A DNA stretch of 61,702 bases, the filler included. It is 4 parts of 4 records of this genome, joined end to end, with 100 filler letters (N's around TTAATTAATTAA, not from the genome) between each part and the next. Parts side by side here need not be neighbours in the genome. Positions count along the whole stretch, not along the records: positions 1 to 11,188 come from DRR723986_9302; 3 more parts are not named here. One strand, written 5' to 3'. The notes below the pieces were generated by a model. It ran no database searches, was not told the DNA's origin, and saw only the letters and a list, made by a program, of their open reading frames with translations. Shown here piece by piece: positions 1 through 11,288 of this stretch (positions are counted from its first letter, which is position 1; the number at the start of each line of letters is the position of its first letter). Made by a program: the position numbers and the translations under genes.

Positions 1-47
1 CACGCGGATTATGATTCCGCTGCTCTAACCGGCTGAGCTACTCCGCC
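1..47 (-). tRNA. tRNA-Met (CAT), probably elongator; 3' part cut off by the window start
   Basis: The reverse complement reads GGCGGAGTAGCTCAGCCGGTTAGAGCAGCGGAATCATAATCCGCGTG. It shows the acceptor 5' strand, the D-arm (TAGCTCAG..GGTTAGAGC) and the anticodon stem GCGGA/TCCGC with loop AT-CAT-AA. It starts with G1 and lacks the GGG/CCC anticodon stem, so it is not an initiator; Ile2 is not formally excluded. Confidence 0.9.
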
Positions 48-161
48 ATCCCGTGCGATCCGGGCCTGGGTGGCCCGCGCGACGTGGGGTGCTTATAGTG
101 AGGCGGCGGGCGGGCGTCAAGCGTTGAATTGGCGTCCGGCCGCAAAGTTTTTTGTCTGGCC

Positions 162-1340
162 TCAGGCCGCGGAAACCGGGGCTTTGACCTGTGGAAAATC
201 GATCGCCCAGTCGCCCGTGCGTTCGGTCTTGTGGATCCAGCCACCGCCCAGAACACGGGCTGTTTCGTCATCCGTATCAAAGAAGACGCAGGCCTGGCCC
301 GGGGCGACGCCGGTTTCGCCGTTGGCAAGATCCACGAACGCCTTGCCGTTCAGGATGCGCAAGGTTGCCGGTGCCGGCGGGCGGGTGGAGCGGACCTTGG
401 CGAAGAGCTCGATCTCGTCGCCTTCGTCCAGCGGCTGATCGCCGATCCAGTTCATTTCGCGCAGCAGGATGGTGCGGGTCGCCAGTGCCTCGCGCGGGCC
501 GACGACGACACGGCGCTCGTCCGGGTCGAGGCGCACCACATAGAGCGGATTGCCCGTGGCAACGCCAAGGCCGCGGCGCTGGCCGATGGTGTAGTGGATG
601 ATGCCGTCATGTTCGCCCAGCACGCGGCCGTCCATATGGACGATCTGGCCCGGTTCGGCCGCATTGGGGCGCAGCTTGCGGATGACCTCGGCATAATCGC
701 CGTTGGGCACGAAGCAGATGTCCTGGCTGTCCGGCTTGTTTGCGACGGTCAGGCCGAATTCGGCTGCAAGCTCACGCACCTTCGACTTGGGCATGCCGCC
801 AAGCGGAAAGCGGATGAAATCGAGCTGGTCCTGCGTGGTGGCGAACAGGAAATAGCTCTGGTCGCGGTCAAGATCGGCCGGGCGGAAAAGCGCGCGCTTG
901 TTGCCCTGCTGGGCGGAGCGGACATAGTGGCCGGTCGCCAGTGCATCGGCGCCAAGATCCTTCGCGGTCTTCAGGAGATCGGTGAACTTGACCGTCTGGT
1001 TGCAAGAGACGCAAGGGATCGGGGTTTCGCCGGCGATGTAGCTGTCGGCAAAACGGTCCATGACCTGTTCCTTGAACCGGCTTTCATAATCCAGCACATA
1101 GTGGGGAATGCCGATGGTTTCGGCCGCGCGGCGGGCATCATGAATGTCGACGCCCGCGCAGCAGGACTTGGCCTTGCTGACGGCGGCGCCGTGATCATAA
1201 AGCTGCAGGGTGACGCCGATGACGTCGTAGCCTTCGGCCTTCATCAGGGCGGCCACGACCGAGCTGTCGACCCCGCCGGACATGGCGACGACAACGCGAG
1301 TGTCTTCCGGGCGGCCGGGCAGATCCAGACTGTTTCGCAT
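162..1340 (-). CDS. mnmA: tRNA 2-thiouridine(34) synthase MnmA
   Basis: Motifs [13 protein letters not shown] (PP-loop), [41 protein letters not shown] and [10 protein letters not shown]. Start placed at MRNSLDLPG (1340) rather than the ORF-track start at 1874. Confidence 0.96.
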   Translation of the reverse strand: MRNSLDLPGRPEDTRVVVAMSGGVDSSVVAALMKAEGYDVIGVTLQLYDHGAAVSKAKSCCAGVDIHDARRAAETIGIPHYVLDYESRFKEQVMDRFADSYIAGETPIPCVSCNQTVKFTDLLKTAKDLGADALATGHYVRSAQQGNKRALFRPADLDRDQSYFLFATTQDQLDFIRFPLGGMPKSKVRELAAEFGLTVANKPDSQDICFVPNGDYAEVIRKLRPNAAEPGQIVHMDGRVLGEHDGIIHYTIGQRRGLGVATGNPLYVVRLDPDERRVVVGPREALATRTILLREMNWIGDQPLDEGDEIELFAKVRSTRPPAPATLRILNGKAFVDLANGETGVAPGQACVFFDTDDETARVLGGGWIHKTERTGDWAIDFPQVKAPVSAA

Positions 1341-1501
1341 CCAGTGTACTTCCAGAAGTTTTGGCCGATCGCGCAGGCGGGGCGGTTGTCCGTCCCGAGC
1401 ATTCCACACCCTGCCGGGCGGGCGGCGATCAAGGGCCCTATTCAAAGTTGGCGGCACTATACAGATAAGGAGAGCGGCTGCCAATTGCTTCCCCCGCATG
1501 G

Positions 1502-1535
1502 CAGGCACGCTTTGCCTGACCGGCAAAGCTTGCCG
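1502..1535. promoter_or_regulatory. Tandem ftr-like (FlbD-binding) enhancer elements
   Basis: Inverted repeats CAGGCA-CGCTT-TGCCTG (1502-1518) and CGGCAA-AGC-TTGCCG (1521-1535) lie 80-110 bp upstream of a sigma54 promoter. They resemble Caulobacter ftr elements, and flbD is in the same cluster. Confidence 0.6.
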
Positions 1536-1611
1536 CCCGGAACCCGAGAGAGTTTCGCTTCGTCTTTGAAAAAGATGAGCAAAATCAAAGGGTCTGGCTG
1601 AGTTTAACGTT

Positions 1612-1626
1612 TGGCCCGATGTTTGC
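1612..1626 (+). promoter_or_regulatory. sigma54 (-24/-12) promoter for fliK-flgD
   Basis: TGGCCCG-ATGT-TTGC(T) matches TGGCACG-N4-TTGC with exact GG-N10-GC spacing, about 20 bp before the fliK ATG. Confidence 0.75.
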
Positions 1627-1647
1627 TTTCTATTCCGGTGACGAAAT

Positions 1648-3774
1648 ATGCCCGCCGGTGCGGGCCGGGATCTGGGGGCAAATGTGCTGCCATTTGGACT
1701 GACAACGGATGTTTCTGCCGGGGCGCTGGCAGCGGGTGCGGGCAGCGCACTTGCTGGCGGGCAGGCTTCTGCAGGTGCGGCTGCTTCCTCTGTTGGGGGC
1801 AAGGCAAACGGATTTGCCGACGAGCTGAGCTCGATCTCGGGGCAGGGCGCCGCGAAGGGCGCAGGCCAAGACAAGGGTCAGGTCAGTGCCGTGGTTTCCG
1901 CCAAGGCCGGCCGGGCGGCCGAGCCGGTGAAGCCGGGGGTGGTTGCCGCGCAGATCCAGACATCTGTGGTGACAGGCGAGCTTGCACCCACCATTGCGGT
2001 GGATCCGACGGTCCCGGTTACCGATCCTCTTCTTTCCGGCGATATCGTGGCCGGCACTCTGCCGCTCAACGCGGGGCAACCTGATGATGCGGATCAGGGG
2101 CTGCTTCCCTCGGAAGGAGATGAAGCAGCGCAAACCGCCGACGTTGCCCTGGCTGCGGAATTTGCTCCGGTCGCTCCTGTTGCACCTGTTGTTCCGGCTC
2201 CTGCTGGCGAAGGTGCGGCTACCACGCCTGCCTCCGCCGATGCCGGCGCGCCCGGTGCCGCACTTTCGGGAGGCGCAGGTCTTGCAGGCGGCGTTCCAGC
2301 GGTGCCTTCAACTGGTGCCGCGAACGGGGCGGCGCCTGTTCCCACGGCAGATGCAGGAGCTGGTGCCGGTTCCGGTTCCGGAGGTTCTGCACCGGCTACA
2401 GCACCGAGCTTTGCCGGCGCGTTGAACGGTGTTGAGGCGGGCGCTGTGCAGCCTGAAAGAGCCGGGCAGACAGCACCGGCTACAGCGGCGGAGGCGCAGG
2501 CGGCAGTTGCCCGGCCAGCGCCTGTCACGACAGAGCGCCGCTGGCAGAGCGAACTGCCGCAAGAATTCCGGGCGTCGGTAACGCCCGTTGCCCAGCCAGC
2601 CGGCCAGCAGCCGGCCTTGAGGTTGCCGGCCCAGGCAAGTGTGCAGGCCAGCGCGGTGGTTGGCGGTCAGGCGCCGGGGCAGGGGCCTGGTGAAGTGCCT
2701 GGTCTCCAGGTTGCCGCGGCAACGCCTGCCGGAACTGTTGCTGCGTCTGTCTCGGCAGTCGCCAAGGCTGCTGTGGCATCTGAAGGCACGCAGGTTCCTG
2801 CAGTGCCTGCCGCACCCGTGGTGGATGGCGAGACGTCAGCCCAGCCGGTAACGGCGAACACGCAAACGGGTGATGCGAGCGCACAGGCCGGAACCGCGAT
2901 GAGCGCGGCCACCACGCAGGTCGCGGCCGCCGTGAATGCGGGTGCCGTTCCTGTCCAACAGCCGGTTCAGGCAACGCCGCAGCCGGTGTCGTCCGAACAG
3001 TTGCTGGCTGGTGAACCTGTTGCCGAGGAAGGTACGGGTCTCGTCAAGCCGGTCACGGGTGAAGCTTCCGGTCCGCAGGGGGCAGGCAATACGCAAGATG
3101 CTGCTGCCGGACCTGCTGCCAAGGGTGCGGAGCAAACGGGACCTGAGCCGCGCGGTGCGGCCCTGGCTGGTCCTGTCGCTGCTGCGGCGCTGTCGAATAT
3201 TGCGGCTGACGAAGCGGATATGCCTGCTGAATTGCAGCACACCAGCATTTCCGGCGAGTTCGGTGCGGCAACGGTACGCGGCGGCGATCTGGCAGGGGCA
3301 ATGCGGACCGAGAGCCTGCAGATGCCGAGCCAGAGCCAGTCCGGCCAGGTGGCTACCCAGGTGGCCGCAGAGATTGCGCGCAATCTGAAGGATGGTCAGA
3401 CCCGTTTCCAGATGCGTTTCGACCCGCCGGAGCTCGGCCGGGTCGAGGTTGAGATGAAGGTTTCTAACGATGGCAAGGTCCAGGCCCATCTGCGTGTCGA
3501 CCGGCCGGAGACTCTGGACATGTTCCTGCGTGATCAGCGCGGCCTGGAGCGGGCGCTGGAAGCGGCAGGGCTCAACCCGGATTCAGACAACCTGCAATTC
3601 TCCCTGAGACAGGACGGCGGCCAGCAGTTCGGCTCCGAACAGGGAGGGGATGGACATCAGCCGGCCTCGAATGGTGGCGGAGGCACGGTTTCCGCGGAAG
3701 CCGATCCGATGCTTGAAGACATTGTTAGAATGACCATCGCGGAACAGCGCGGCGGCCTGGACATGAAAGTGTAA
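1648..3774 (+). CDS. fliK: Flagellar hook-length control protein FliK (708 aa)
   Basis: Long Ala/Pro/Gly-rich disordered N-terminus plus the C-terminal Flg_hook signature [17 protein letters not shown]...[24 protein letters not shown]; directly upstream of flgD. Confidence 0.9.
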   Translation: MPAGAGRDLGANVLPFGLTTDVSAGALAAGAGSALAGGQASAGAAASSVGGKANGFADELSSISGQGAAKGAGQDKGQVSAVVSAKAGRAAEPVKPGVVAAQIQTSVVTGELAPTIAVDPTVPVTDPLLSGDIVAGTLPLNAGQPDDADQGLLPSEGDEAAQTADVALAAEFAPVAPVAPVVPAPAGEGAATTPASADAGAPGAALSGGAGLAGGVPAVPSTGAANGAAPVPTADAGAGAGSGSGGSAPATAPSFAGALNGVEAGAVQPERAGQTAPATAAEAQAAVARPAPVTTERRWQSELPQEFRASVTPVAQPAGQQPALRLPAQASVQASAVVGGQAPGQGPGEVPGLQVAAATPAGTVAASVSAVAKAAVASEGTQVPAVPAAPVVDGETSAQPVTANTQTGDASAQAGTAMSAATTQVAAAVNAGAVPVQQPVQATPQPVSSEQLLAGEPVAEEGTGLVKPVTGEASGPQGAGNTQDAAAGPAAKGAEQTGPEPRGAALAGPVAAAALSNIAADEADMPAELQHTSISGEFGAATVRGGDLAGAMRTESLQMPSQSQSGQVATQVAAEIARNLKDGQTRFQMRFDPPELGRVEVEMKVSNDGKVQAHLRVDRPETLDMFLRDQRGLERALEAAGLNPDSDNLQFSLRQDGGQQFGSEQGGDGHQPASNGGGGTVSAEADPMLEDIVRMTIAEQRGGLDMKV

Positions 3775-3805
3775 CGGGGCGAGTTGCTGCCTCAGGAGTG
3801 AAAAA

Positions 3806-4465
3806 ATGACAACCGTTTCTCCAACTTCCTCTGCGTCGTCGCAGACCGGCTCGGCAACCAGCCAGGCCGGCCTCATCGCCGATTACGAACTGTTCCTGAG
3901 CATCCTGACGACGCAGATCCAGAACCAGGATCCGCTGGATCCGCTGGACTCGGCCGAATACACCAATCAGCTGGTTCAGTATTCGAGCGTCGAGCAGGCC
4001 ATCAAGCAGAACCAGAACCTTGAAGAGATCATTGCCTCGCTGACGAGCAACCAGAGCATGAGTTACGTCAGCTATATCGGCAATGAAGTGACTGCTGATG
4101 CTTCCACGACGACCCTGTCAGGCAGTCAGGCCAGCTGGAGCTATAATGTGGCGGAAGATGCGACTGGCACCTTCGAGATCCGCAATACAAGCGGTTCCAT
4201 CGTCTATAGCGGTGACATCGAGCTGGCAGCAGGCGACGGCACCTTCTACTGGAACGGGCAGACTGATTCCGGCCAGCAGGCCGTGAACGGGCTCTACACC
4301 ATCTCCTTCGATGTGAAGGACGCCTCCAGCCGGCCGGAAACCGTCAAGACGACCGTATCGGGCATCGTCGACAGCGTGGACTGGTCGAGCGGCGAAGCGG
4401 TGCTGAAGGTTGGCAGCCAGGAGTTTCCGGTCAGTTCCGTGGTGTCGGTCGCCCGACCGTCCTGA
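3806..4465 (+). CDS. flgD: Flagellar hook capping protein FlgD
   Basis: FLSILTTQIQNQDPLDPLDSAEYTNQLVQYSSVEQ motif and FlgD Ig domain (FYWNGQTDSG...GLYT); AGGAG RBS. Confidence 0.95.
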   Translation: MTTVSPTSSASSQTGSATSQAGLIADYELFLSILTTQIQNQDPLDPLDSAEYTNQLVQYSSVEQAIKQNQNLEEIIASLTSNQSMSYVSYIGNEVTADASTTTLSGSQASWSYNVAEDATGTFEIRNTSGSIVYSGDIELAAGDGTFYWNGQTDSGQQAVNGLYTISFDVKDASSRPETVKTTVSGIVDSVDWSSGEAVLKVGSQEFPVSSVVSVARPS

Positions 4466-4489
4466 TCAGCCACACATTCACATTTTTTG

Positions 4490-4522
4490 AAAACCGCTCC
4501 GGATGCCTCCGGGGCGGTTTTT
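4490..4522 (+). terminator. Intrinsic (possibly bidirectional) terminator after flgD
   Basis: AAAACCGCTCCGGA-TGCC-TCCGGGGCGGTTTTT stem-loop with U-tract. Confidence 0.75.
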
Positions 4523-4778
4523 CGCGTTTTCTCGATGTTTCAAGGGGCTGAGGGTAATCCGCGGGACATTTGCCGGCACAAAAAACAAGAATGAAGTGTG
4601 GCCGGAGGAGGGATGCAATTTTCAGGTTAATCGAATTGCCTTGCAAATTGCACGGCCAGGTAAATATGGTTAACGATTTCATATAATACTATTTAGAATT
4701 GAACCCTTTATCTTTGCGAAATCCTAAATATCATTCACTAAATTTAGATTTTATAGTTAATAAAAACACAATTTTGCT

Positions 4779-4794
4779 TTAGGCGTTTGTTAAG
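4779..4794. promoter_or_regulatory. CtrA-box-like site upstream of sciP
   Basis: TTAG-GCGTTTG-TTAAG (TTAA-N7-TTAA with one mismatch) at the end of a very AT-rich intergenic region that has further TTAA half-sites (4627, 4670, 4757). Confidence 0.55.
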
Positions 4795-4846
4795 CGTCAT
4801 CTTGTAGTCTCAAATCAGCCTTGGTCATGGTTAGTGTGAGAGTACA

Positions 4847-5122
4847 ATGACCGAACACATTCGTTCGCGTGTAAAATATGTCATCGGACCGGACGGGAGC
4901 CCGCTTACCATTGCGGACCTGCCTCCGACTTCGACAAAGCGGTGGGTCATCCGCCGCAAGGCAGAGGTGGTTGCCGCAGTTCGCGGTGGCTTGTTGTCCC
5001 TTGAAGAAGCGTGCCAGAGATACACTCTGACAGTTGAGGAGTTCCTCTCCTGGCAAAGCTCGATTGAAAAGCACGGTCTTGCCGGGCTTCGAGCGACCCG
5101 GGTCCAGCAATATCGAAATTGA
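4847..5122 (+). CDS. sciP: CtrA inhibitor SciP (DUF1153)
   Basis: VIGPDGSPLTIADLPP..TKRWVIRRKAEVVAAVRGGLLSLEEACQRYTLTVEEFLSWQ is the highly conserved SciP sequence; its position between flgD and fliF matches Caulobacter. Confidence 0.95.
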   Translation: MTEHIRSRVKYVIGPDGSPLTIADLPPTSTKRWVIRRKAEVVAAVRGGLLSLEEACQRYTLTVEEFLSWQSSIEKHGLAGLRATRVQQYRN

Positions 5123-5163
5123 CCCGGAACACGGTTTCTGCAATGCGCCGGTGGGGCGCAATC

Positions 5164-5189
5164 AAAAGGTCGGCACTGCCGGCCTTTTT
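5164..5189 (+). terminator. Intrinsic terminator after sciP
   Basis: AAAAGGTCGGC-ACT-GCCGGCCTTTTT hairpin with U-tract. Confidence 0.7.
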
Positions 5190-5320
5190 ATTTGTCTTGC
5201 TGTCCGTACGGAACTTATCCAAAAATTAATGAGGTAGGCAGTTTTTCCCCACCTCAGTTGCAGTTTGCATTAATCGAAATGGCGGAAACCCGCCGATCTG
5301 CCCCTATTGGAAAGGTTTTG

Positions 5321-5336
5321 TTAACCACTTGTTAAC
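5321..5336 (+). promoter_or_regulatory. Perfect CtrA box at the fliF operon promoter
   Basis: TTAA-CCACTTG-TTAAC equals TTAA-N7-TTAAC, about 100 bp upstream of fliF. Confidence 0.8.
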
Positions 5337-5344
5337 CACCTGGG

Positions 5345-5359
5345 CGGCAAATTTTGCCC
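5345..5359. promoter_or_regulatory. ftr-like FlbD site just downstream of the CtrA box (ftr4-like repressor position)
   Basis: CGGCAAATTTTGCCC has the same GGCAA-N3-TTGCC dyad as 1521-1535. Confidence 0.55.
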
Positions 5360-5432
5360 ATCGAAGGTGTGGCGTGCCCAGCCGACTCCAATAATAACGG
5401 CAGGGGCATGTTTCAAATGCGGGCGGGCATTC

Positions 5433-7046
5433 GTGAACGGACTTGTAGAATTCATCAGAACCTTGGGGGCGGCACGCATTGCTGCAATGGGGGCAGTTGC
5501 CGCCATCCTCGTCGGCGTCTTCGCCTTCATCATCTTTCGGGTGACGGCACCCCAGATGACGACGCTCTACAATGAGTTGACCCTTGAGGATTCCGCATCG
5601 ATCGTTTCCCAGCTGGAAAGCCAGGGCGTGCAATTCGAGATCGCCCGTCAGGGTGCCTCCATTCTCGTTCCGAACGAGCAGGTCGCCCGCCTGCGCATGC
5701 AGCTTGCCGCTGAAGGCCTGCCGACCGGCGGCTCTATCGGCTACGAGATCTTCGACCGTTCAGACACTCTTGGCGCCACCAGCTTCGTTCAGAACATCAA
5801 TCACCTGCGCGCCATGGAAGGCGAACTGTCACGCACGATCGGATCGCTCGACCGCATCCGTGCTGCCCGCGTTCACCTGGTTATCCCGGAGCGTCAGCTG
5901 TTCCAGAGAGACCGTCGTCCGCCGTCAGCGTCCATCGTGCTGAACGTTCGTGGTGCCCTCGGCCCGGGCGAAATCCGCGCGGTCCAGCATCTGGTTGCCA
6001 CCGCGGTTGACGGACTTGAGCCGGACCGTGTCTCGATTGTCGACGAAAGCGGCCGTCTGCTGGCTTCCGGCGCGGGCAACGACGAAGACGGACTGATGAC
6101 GAATTCGCTGCAGGAGCGGACTGTCGAGGTTGAAGGCCGGCTGCGCAACCAGATCGAGGAAATTCTGAACTCCGTCGTCGGCCCTGGACGGGCACGGGTT
6201 CGCGTCAACGCGGAAGTCGACTATAATCGCCTGACGGAGACCACCGAGACCTTCGACCCGGACGGGCAGGTGGTGCGTTCGACCCAGTCCAAGGAAGAAG
6301 CTTCTTCCGCCGTGTCCCGGAACGGGCAGGTTACTGTTGCCAACCAGCTTCCGAACGCCGATGCTGGTCAGGGGCAGGCAGAGCGCGACACGTCGTCCAT
6401 TACCGAGGAAATCGTCAACTACGAGATTTCCCACTCGACCCGGACCGAAGTTGTCGAAGCTGGCAAGATCAAGCGTCTGTCCGTTGCGGTGCTGGTTGAC
6501 GGCACCTACCAGCCGGACGGCAATGGCGGCAGCACCTATACACCGCGCGCCCAGGAAACCCTGGACCGGATCGCTGTTCTGGTGCGCTCCGCAGTCGGTT
6601 TCGATGCCGAGCGGGGCGACGTTGTGGAAGTCGTGAACCTGCAGTTCGCCCTGCCGCCGCAGGACGACCTGCTGGCTGAAAGTGACAGCCTGTTCGATTT
6701 CACCCGCAACGACATCATTCGTTTTGCCGAGCTGGGTGTGCTGTTCCTGATCGCCGTGATGCTGCTGCTCTTCGTGGTTCGCCCGCTGCTGCGCCGCATC
6801 GTGACACCGGAAGAAAAGCAACCTCAGGAGCTGATGATCGGTCCGGATGGGACGCTGGTAGTGGAGACGGAAGTGCCACAAGAAGAATCGGCTGAAGACG
6901 AATTCGTGATCGAATGGCTGGAACAGGCCAAGCAGGAAGGGGCCATGCAGGCAAGCTCGATTGCCAAGGTAGGCGACATGATCAAGGACCATCCGACCGA
7001 AGCGGTGACCATTGTTCGCGGTTGGTTGGATGAACAGGCGGCCTGA
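5433..7046 (+). CDS. fliF: Flagellar MS-ring protein FliF
   Basis: Two TM segments, [44 protein letters not shown] and [15 protein letters not shown] start at 5433 chosen ([12 protein letters not shown]). Confidence 0.95.
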   Translation: MNGLVEFIRTLGAARIAAMGAVAAILVGVFAFIIFRVTAPQMTTLYNELTLEDSASIVSQLESQGVQFEIARQGASILVPNEQVARLRMQLAAEGLPTGGSIGYEIFDRSDTLGATSFVQNINHLRAMEGELSRTIGSLDRIRAARVHLVIPERQLFQRDRRPPSASIVLNVRGALGPGEIRAVQHLVATAVDGLEPDRVSIVDESGRLLASGAGNDEDGLMTNSLQERTVEVEGRLRNQIEEILNSVVGPGRARVRVNAEVDYNRLTETTETFDPDGQVVRSTQSKEEASSAVSRNGQVTVANQLPNADAGQGQAERDTSSITEEIVNYEISHSTRTEVVEAGKIKRLSVAVLVDGTYQPDGNGGSTYTPRAQETLDRIAVLVRSAVGFDAERGDVVEVVNLQFALPPQDDLLAESDSLFDFTRNDIIRFAELGVLFLIAVMLLLFVVRPLLRRIVTPEEKQPQELMIGPDGTLVVETEVPQEESAEDEFVIEWLEQAKQEGAMQASSIAKVGDMIKDHPTEAVTIVRGWLDEQAA

Positions 7047-7048
7047 CG

Positions 7049-8095
7049 GTGAGCGATCAACTCCAGAAACAGCTGCAGGTCAGCGCGGACGAAGAAGAGC
7101 GCGAGCTGAAGGGAGCGGAACGGGCAGCCGTTCTGCTTCTCGCGCTTGGCGAGTCCCATGGCGCGCCGATCTGGGCAAAGCTTGACGAGATCGAGGTGCG
7201 CCAGGTTTCGGCTGCGATGGCCAACCTCGGTCCGGTCACGCCGAACATGCTGGAGAACCTGTTCAAGGATTTCGTGCGCCGCGTCAGTTCCAAGGGATCG
7301 CTGACAGGGAACGTCGATGCGACCGAGCGGCTGCTGGCCAGCTTCCTGCCGGGCGAGAAGGTCTCCATCATCATGGAGGAAATACGCGGTCCGGCCGGGC
7401 GTAACATGTGGGAGAAGCTCTCCAACGTGCAGGAGAACGTTCTCGCCAACTATCTGAAGAACGAATATCCGCAGACGGTCGCGGTGGTGCTGTCGAAGAT
7501 CAATTCCGACCACGCCGCACGGGTGCTGGGCATTCTGCCGGAGGAGCTGGCGCTGGAAGTGGTCAGCCGCATGCTGCGCATGGATGCCGTCCAGAAGGAA
7601 GTTCTGGAGAAGGTGGAGCAGACGCTGCGCGTGGAATTCATGTCGAACCTCACCAACACCTCGCGGCGCGACAGCCACGAGATGATGGCGGAGATCTTCA
7701 ACAATTTCGATCGGCAGACCGAAGCCCGCTTCCTGGCAGCCCTGGAAGAGGACAACCGGGAAGCTGCCGACCGCATCAAGACCCTGATGTTCACCTTCGA
7801 CGATCTGTTGAAGCTGGACGCAGCCAGTGCACAGACACTGCTCAGGCACGTCGAAAAGGACGCCCTGGCCATTGCGCTCAAGGGCTCCACGGATACGGCA
7901 AGGGAATTCTTCTTCGGCAATATGTCGTCGCGCGCCGCAAAGCTTCTGCAGGACGACATGGATGCGCTCGGACCCGTGCGGTTGCGCGACGTGGACGAAG
8001 CGCAGACCGGCATGGTGAACAAGGCCAAGGACCTGGCAGCCAAGGGCGAGATCATGATCTCCAAGTCCAAGGGCGAGGATGAAATTATCTACTGA
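7049..8095 (+). CDS. fliG: Flagellar motor switch protein FliG
   Basis: [29 protein letters not shown] and NMSSRAA...[12 protein letters not shown] motifs. Confidence 0.96.
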   Translation: MSDQLQKQLQVSADEEERELKGAERAAVLLLALGESHGAPIWAKLDEIEVRQVSAAMANLGPVTPNMLENLFKDFVRRVSSKGSLTGNVDATERLLASFLPGEKVSIIMEEIRGPAGRNMWEKLSNVQENVLANYLKNEYPQTVAVVLSKINSDHAARVLGILPEELALEVVSRMLRMDAVQKEVLEKVEQTLRVEFMSNLTNTSRRDSHEMMAEIFNNFDRQTEARFLAALEEDNREAADRIKTLMFTFDDLLKLDAASAQTLLRHVEKDALAIALKGSTDTAREFFFGNMSSRAAKLLQDDMDALGPVRLRDVDEAQTGMVNKAKDLAAKGEIMISKSKGEDEIIY

Positions 8096-8133
8096 TGCGG
8101 CAAACGGCAGGCACTTACAGCAGAATGGGACGC

Positions 8134-8826
8134 ATGACCAACCCATCGAAATTTCTGTTCAACGTCGACTTTTCCGAGCCTGAAGAGCCGGAAGAGGTCG
8201 CTCCCGTCGAGCCGGAGATACCGATGATTCCGGTCGCCCAGCATGAGGAATTGCTGAAGAAGGCAAGGGCCCAGGCTTTCGAGGAAGGCCGGGTGAAGGC
8301 GCTTCAGGACCTGCAGACCAAGCAGGAGACGTTGCTTACGGCGGAAGTCAATCATCTGGCCGGAGCCGTTTCGCGGGTGCTGGAGACCCTGGACGGGCAG
8401 GTGGCGGAACGCGAGAAAGATGCCATCAGCCTCGCTTTTCTTGTGGCCAGGCGTCTGTGTGCCCATCTGATCGCACGCCAGCCGCTGGCCGAGACGGTGG
8501 CTTTGGTGTCAGAATGCCTGGGACCGCTGCGCAAGGCGCCGCATCTCGTCATCCGCATCGCCGAGAAGGATGTCGAGGCGCTGAAGGCCCAGGTGGATCC
8601 GATCATTCACGAAAAGGGCTTCGAAGGGCGGCTGGTCATTCTCGGCGAGCCGGAAATCGGCCGCGGCGATTGCCATATCGAGTGGGCCGACGGCGGTATC
8701 AGACGCGACCGCAAGGCGATCGAAGCCGAAATCGATGCCAGCATTCGTTCCTACCTGCGAGGGCGCAGCGCGGAAAGACGAGGCAAAACCTCCGACACGT
8801 CGGCGGAAAAGGAAACTGACGCATGA
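8134..8826 (+). CDS. fliH: Flagellar assembly protein FliH (FlbE-like)
   Basis: KFLFNVDF N-terminus, GFEGRLVILGEPEI..GDCHIEWADGG; lies between fliG and fliN. Start is 8095 or 8134. Confidence 0.85.
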   Translation: MTNPSKFLFNVDFSEPEEPEEVAPVEPEIPMIPVAQHEELLKKARAQAFEEGRVKALQDLQTKQETLLTAEVNHLAGAVSRVLETLDGQVAEREKDAISLAFLVARRLCAHLIARQPLAETVALVSECLGPLRKAPHLVIRIAEKDVEALKAQVDPIIHEKGFEGRLVILGEPEIGRGDCHIEWADGGIRRDRKAIEAEIDASIRSYLRGRSAERRGKTSDTSAEKETDA

Positions 8827-9158
8827 GCGACGAGCAAGATCACAATATCCCGCTCGACGAGCTCGAGGCGCCGCAGCGCCGGCTCGACGATGGCGAAATG
8901 CATGTACCGCAGTCCGCGGCTGACCTTGAGGCCGTGTTCGATGTTCCTGTGCGCATTTCCGCCGTTCTGGGGCACTCCAGAATGCATGTCTCGGACCTGT
9001 TGAAACTGGCATCCGGAACGGTTCTGGAACTCGACCGGAAGGTGGGGGAAGCCATCGATATCTATGTGAACGACCGGCTGGTCGCCCGCGGCGAAGTCGT
9101 CCTGGTGGAAGACAAGCTCGGCGTGACCATGACTGAAATCATCAAGACGGATCGATAG
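8823..9158 (+). CDS. fliN: Flagellar motor switch protein FliN
   Basis: DLEAVFDVPVRISAVLG...LELDRKVGEAIDIYVNDRLVARGEVV SpoA domain. Confidence 0.96.
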   Translation: MSDEQDHNIPLDELEAPQRRLDDGEMHVPQSAADLEAVFDVPVRISAVLGHSRMHVSDLLKLASGTVLELDRKVGEAIDIYVNDRLVARGEVVLVEDKLGVTMTEIIKTDR

Positions 9159-9170
9159 GGAAAGTAACGG

Positions 9171-10523
<1,353 letters not shown>

Positions 10524-10600
10524 GCGCACCGGCAGGAACCATAACAAAGGCCCCGTCCGTTGATTGACCCGGGCGGCGGTTACAGGAAACCAGACCACAC

Positions 10601-11188
10601 ATGTCGGACACGGCGGCAGGCGAACAGCGCAGGACGGAAGGCCCCTCAGCGGAGCAGCAGACGGCTGCGCCCGCCGCGGCTACCGGCCTAGCCGCTTTCC
10701 CCTTCCTTCAGGAGGTGTTTGACACCCTTCGCCGGGGTGACGTCGGTCTGGCGACCGGCATTCTCGTCATCCTGACGCTCCTGATCCTGCCGATGCCACC
10801 GGTGATGCTGGACACGTTCCTGGCGGTCTCCATCATCTTTTCCGTCATGATCCTCATGACGGGCCTGTTCATCCAGCGGCCGCTGGAATTCTCGTCCTTC
10901 CCGACAGTGCTGCTGATTGCGACCATGCTGCGGCTGGGTCTCAATATTTCCTCCACCCGGCTTATCCTGGCAAACGGGCATGAAGGCACTGCGGCGGCGG
11001 GCAACGTCATTCAGTCCTTCGGCAATCTCGTCATGGGCGGGAACTTCGTCATCGGGATCATCGTCTTCGCGATCCTGGTGATCGTGAACTTCGTCGTCAT
11101 CACCAAGGGTTCCGGCCGTATCGCGGAAGTCGCGGCACGCTTTACCCTGGACGCCATGCCGGGCAAGCAGATGGCGATCGATGCGGAT
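10601..11188 (+). CDS. flhA: Flagellar export gate protein FlhA (5' part; truncated at contig end)
   Basis: [54 protein letters not shown] (FHIPEP signature). Confidence 0.96.
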
Positions 11189-11288
11189 NNNNNNNNNNNN
11201 NNNNNNNNNNNNNNNNNNNNNNNNNNNNNNNNTTAATTAATTAANNNNNNNNNNNNNNNNNNNNNNNNNNNNNNNNNNNNNNNNNNNN
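11189..11288. other. Artificial contig linker (N44-TTAATTAATTAA-N44)
   Basis: 100-nt spacer with stops in all six frames; genes on both sides are truncated. Confidence 0.98.

Noticed and set aside
1..47. tRNA as a possible integration (att) site, or as a functional partner of mnmA
   Set aside because: The 3' half and downstream DNA are outside the window and no integrase is visible. MnmA acts on tRNA-Lys/Glu/Gln, not Met.
129..1601. 490-aa plus-strand ORF, and similar long antisense ORFs (5925-6992, 6824-8146, 9180-10418, 11698-12690, 47794-48714, 59266-60081)
   Set aside because: They lie on the opposite strand of well-supported genes and have no motifs. They are shadow ORFs from codon bias.
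1341..1874. 178-codon N-terminal extension of MnmA in the ORF track
   Set aside because: It has no MnmA-like content and would run through the fliK promoter and start. MRNSLDLPG at 1340 is the typical alphaproteobacterial start.
11233..11244. TTAATTAATTAA as a CtrA site or biological repeat (also at 42901 and 54730)
   Set aside because: It is centred in identical N-padded 100-nt spacers and is a synthetic six-frame stop linker.
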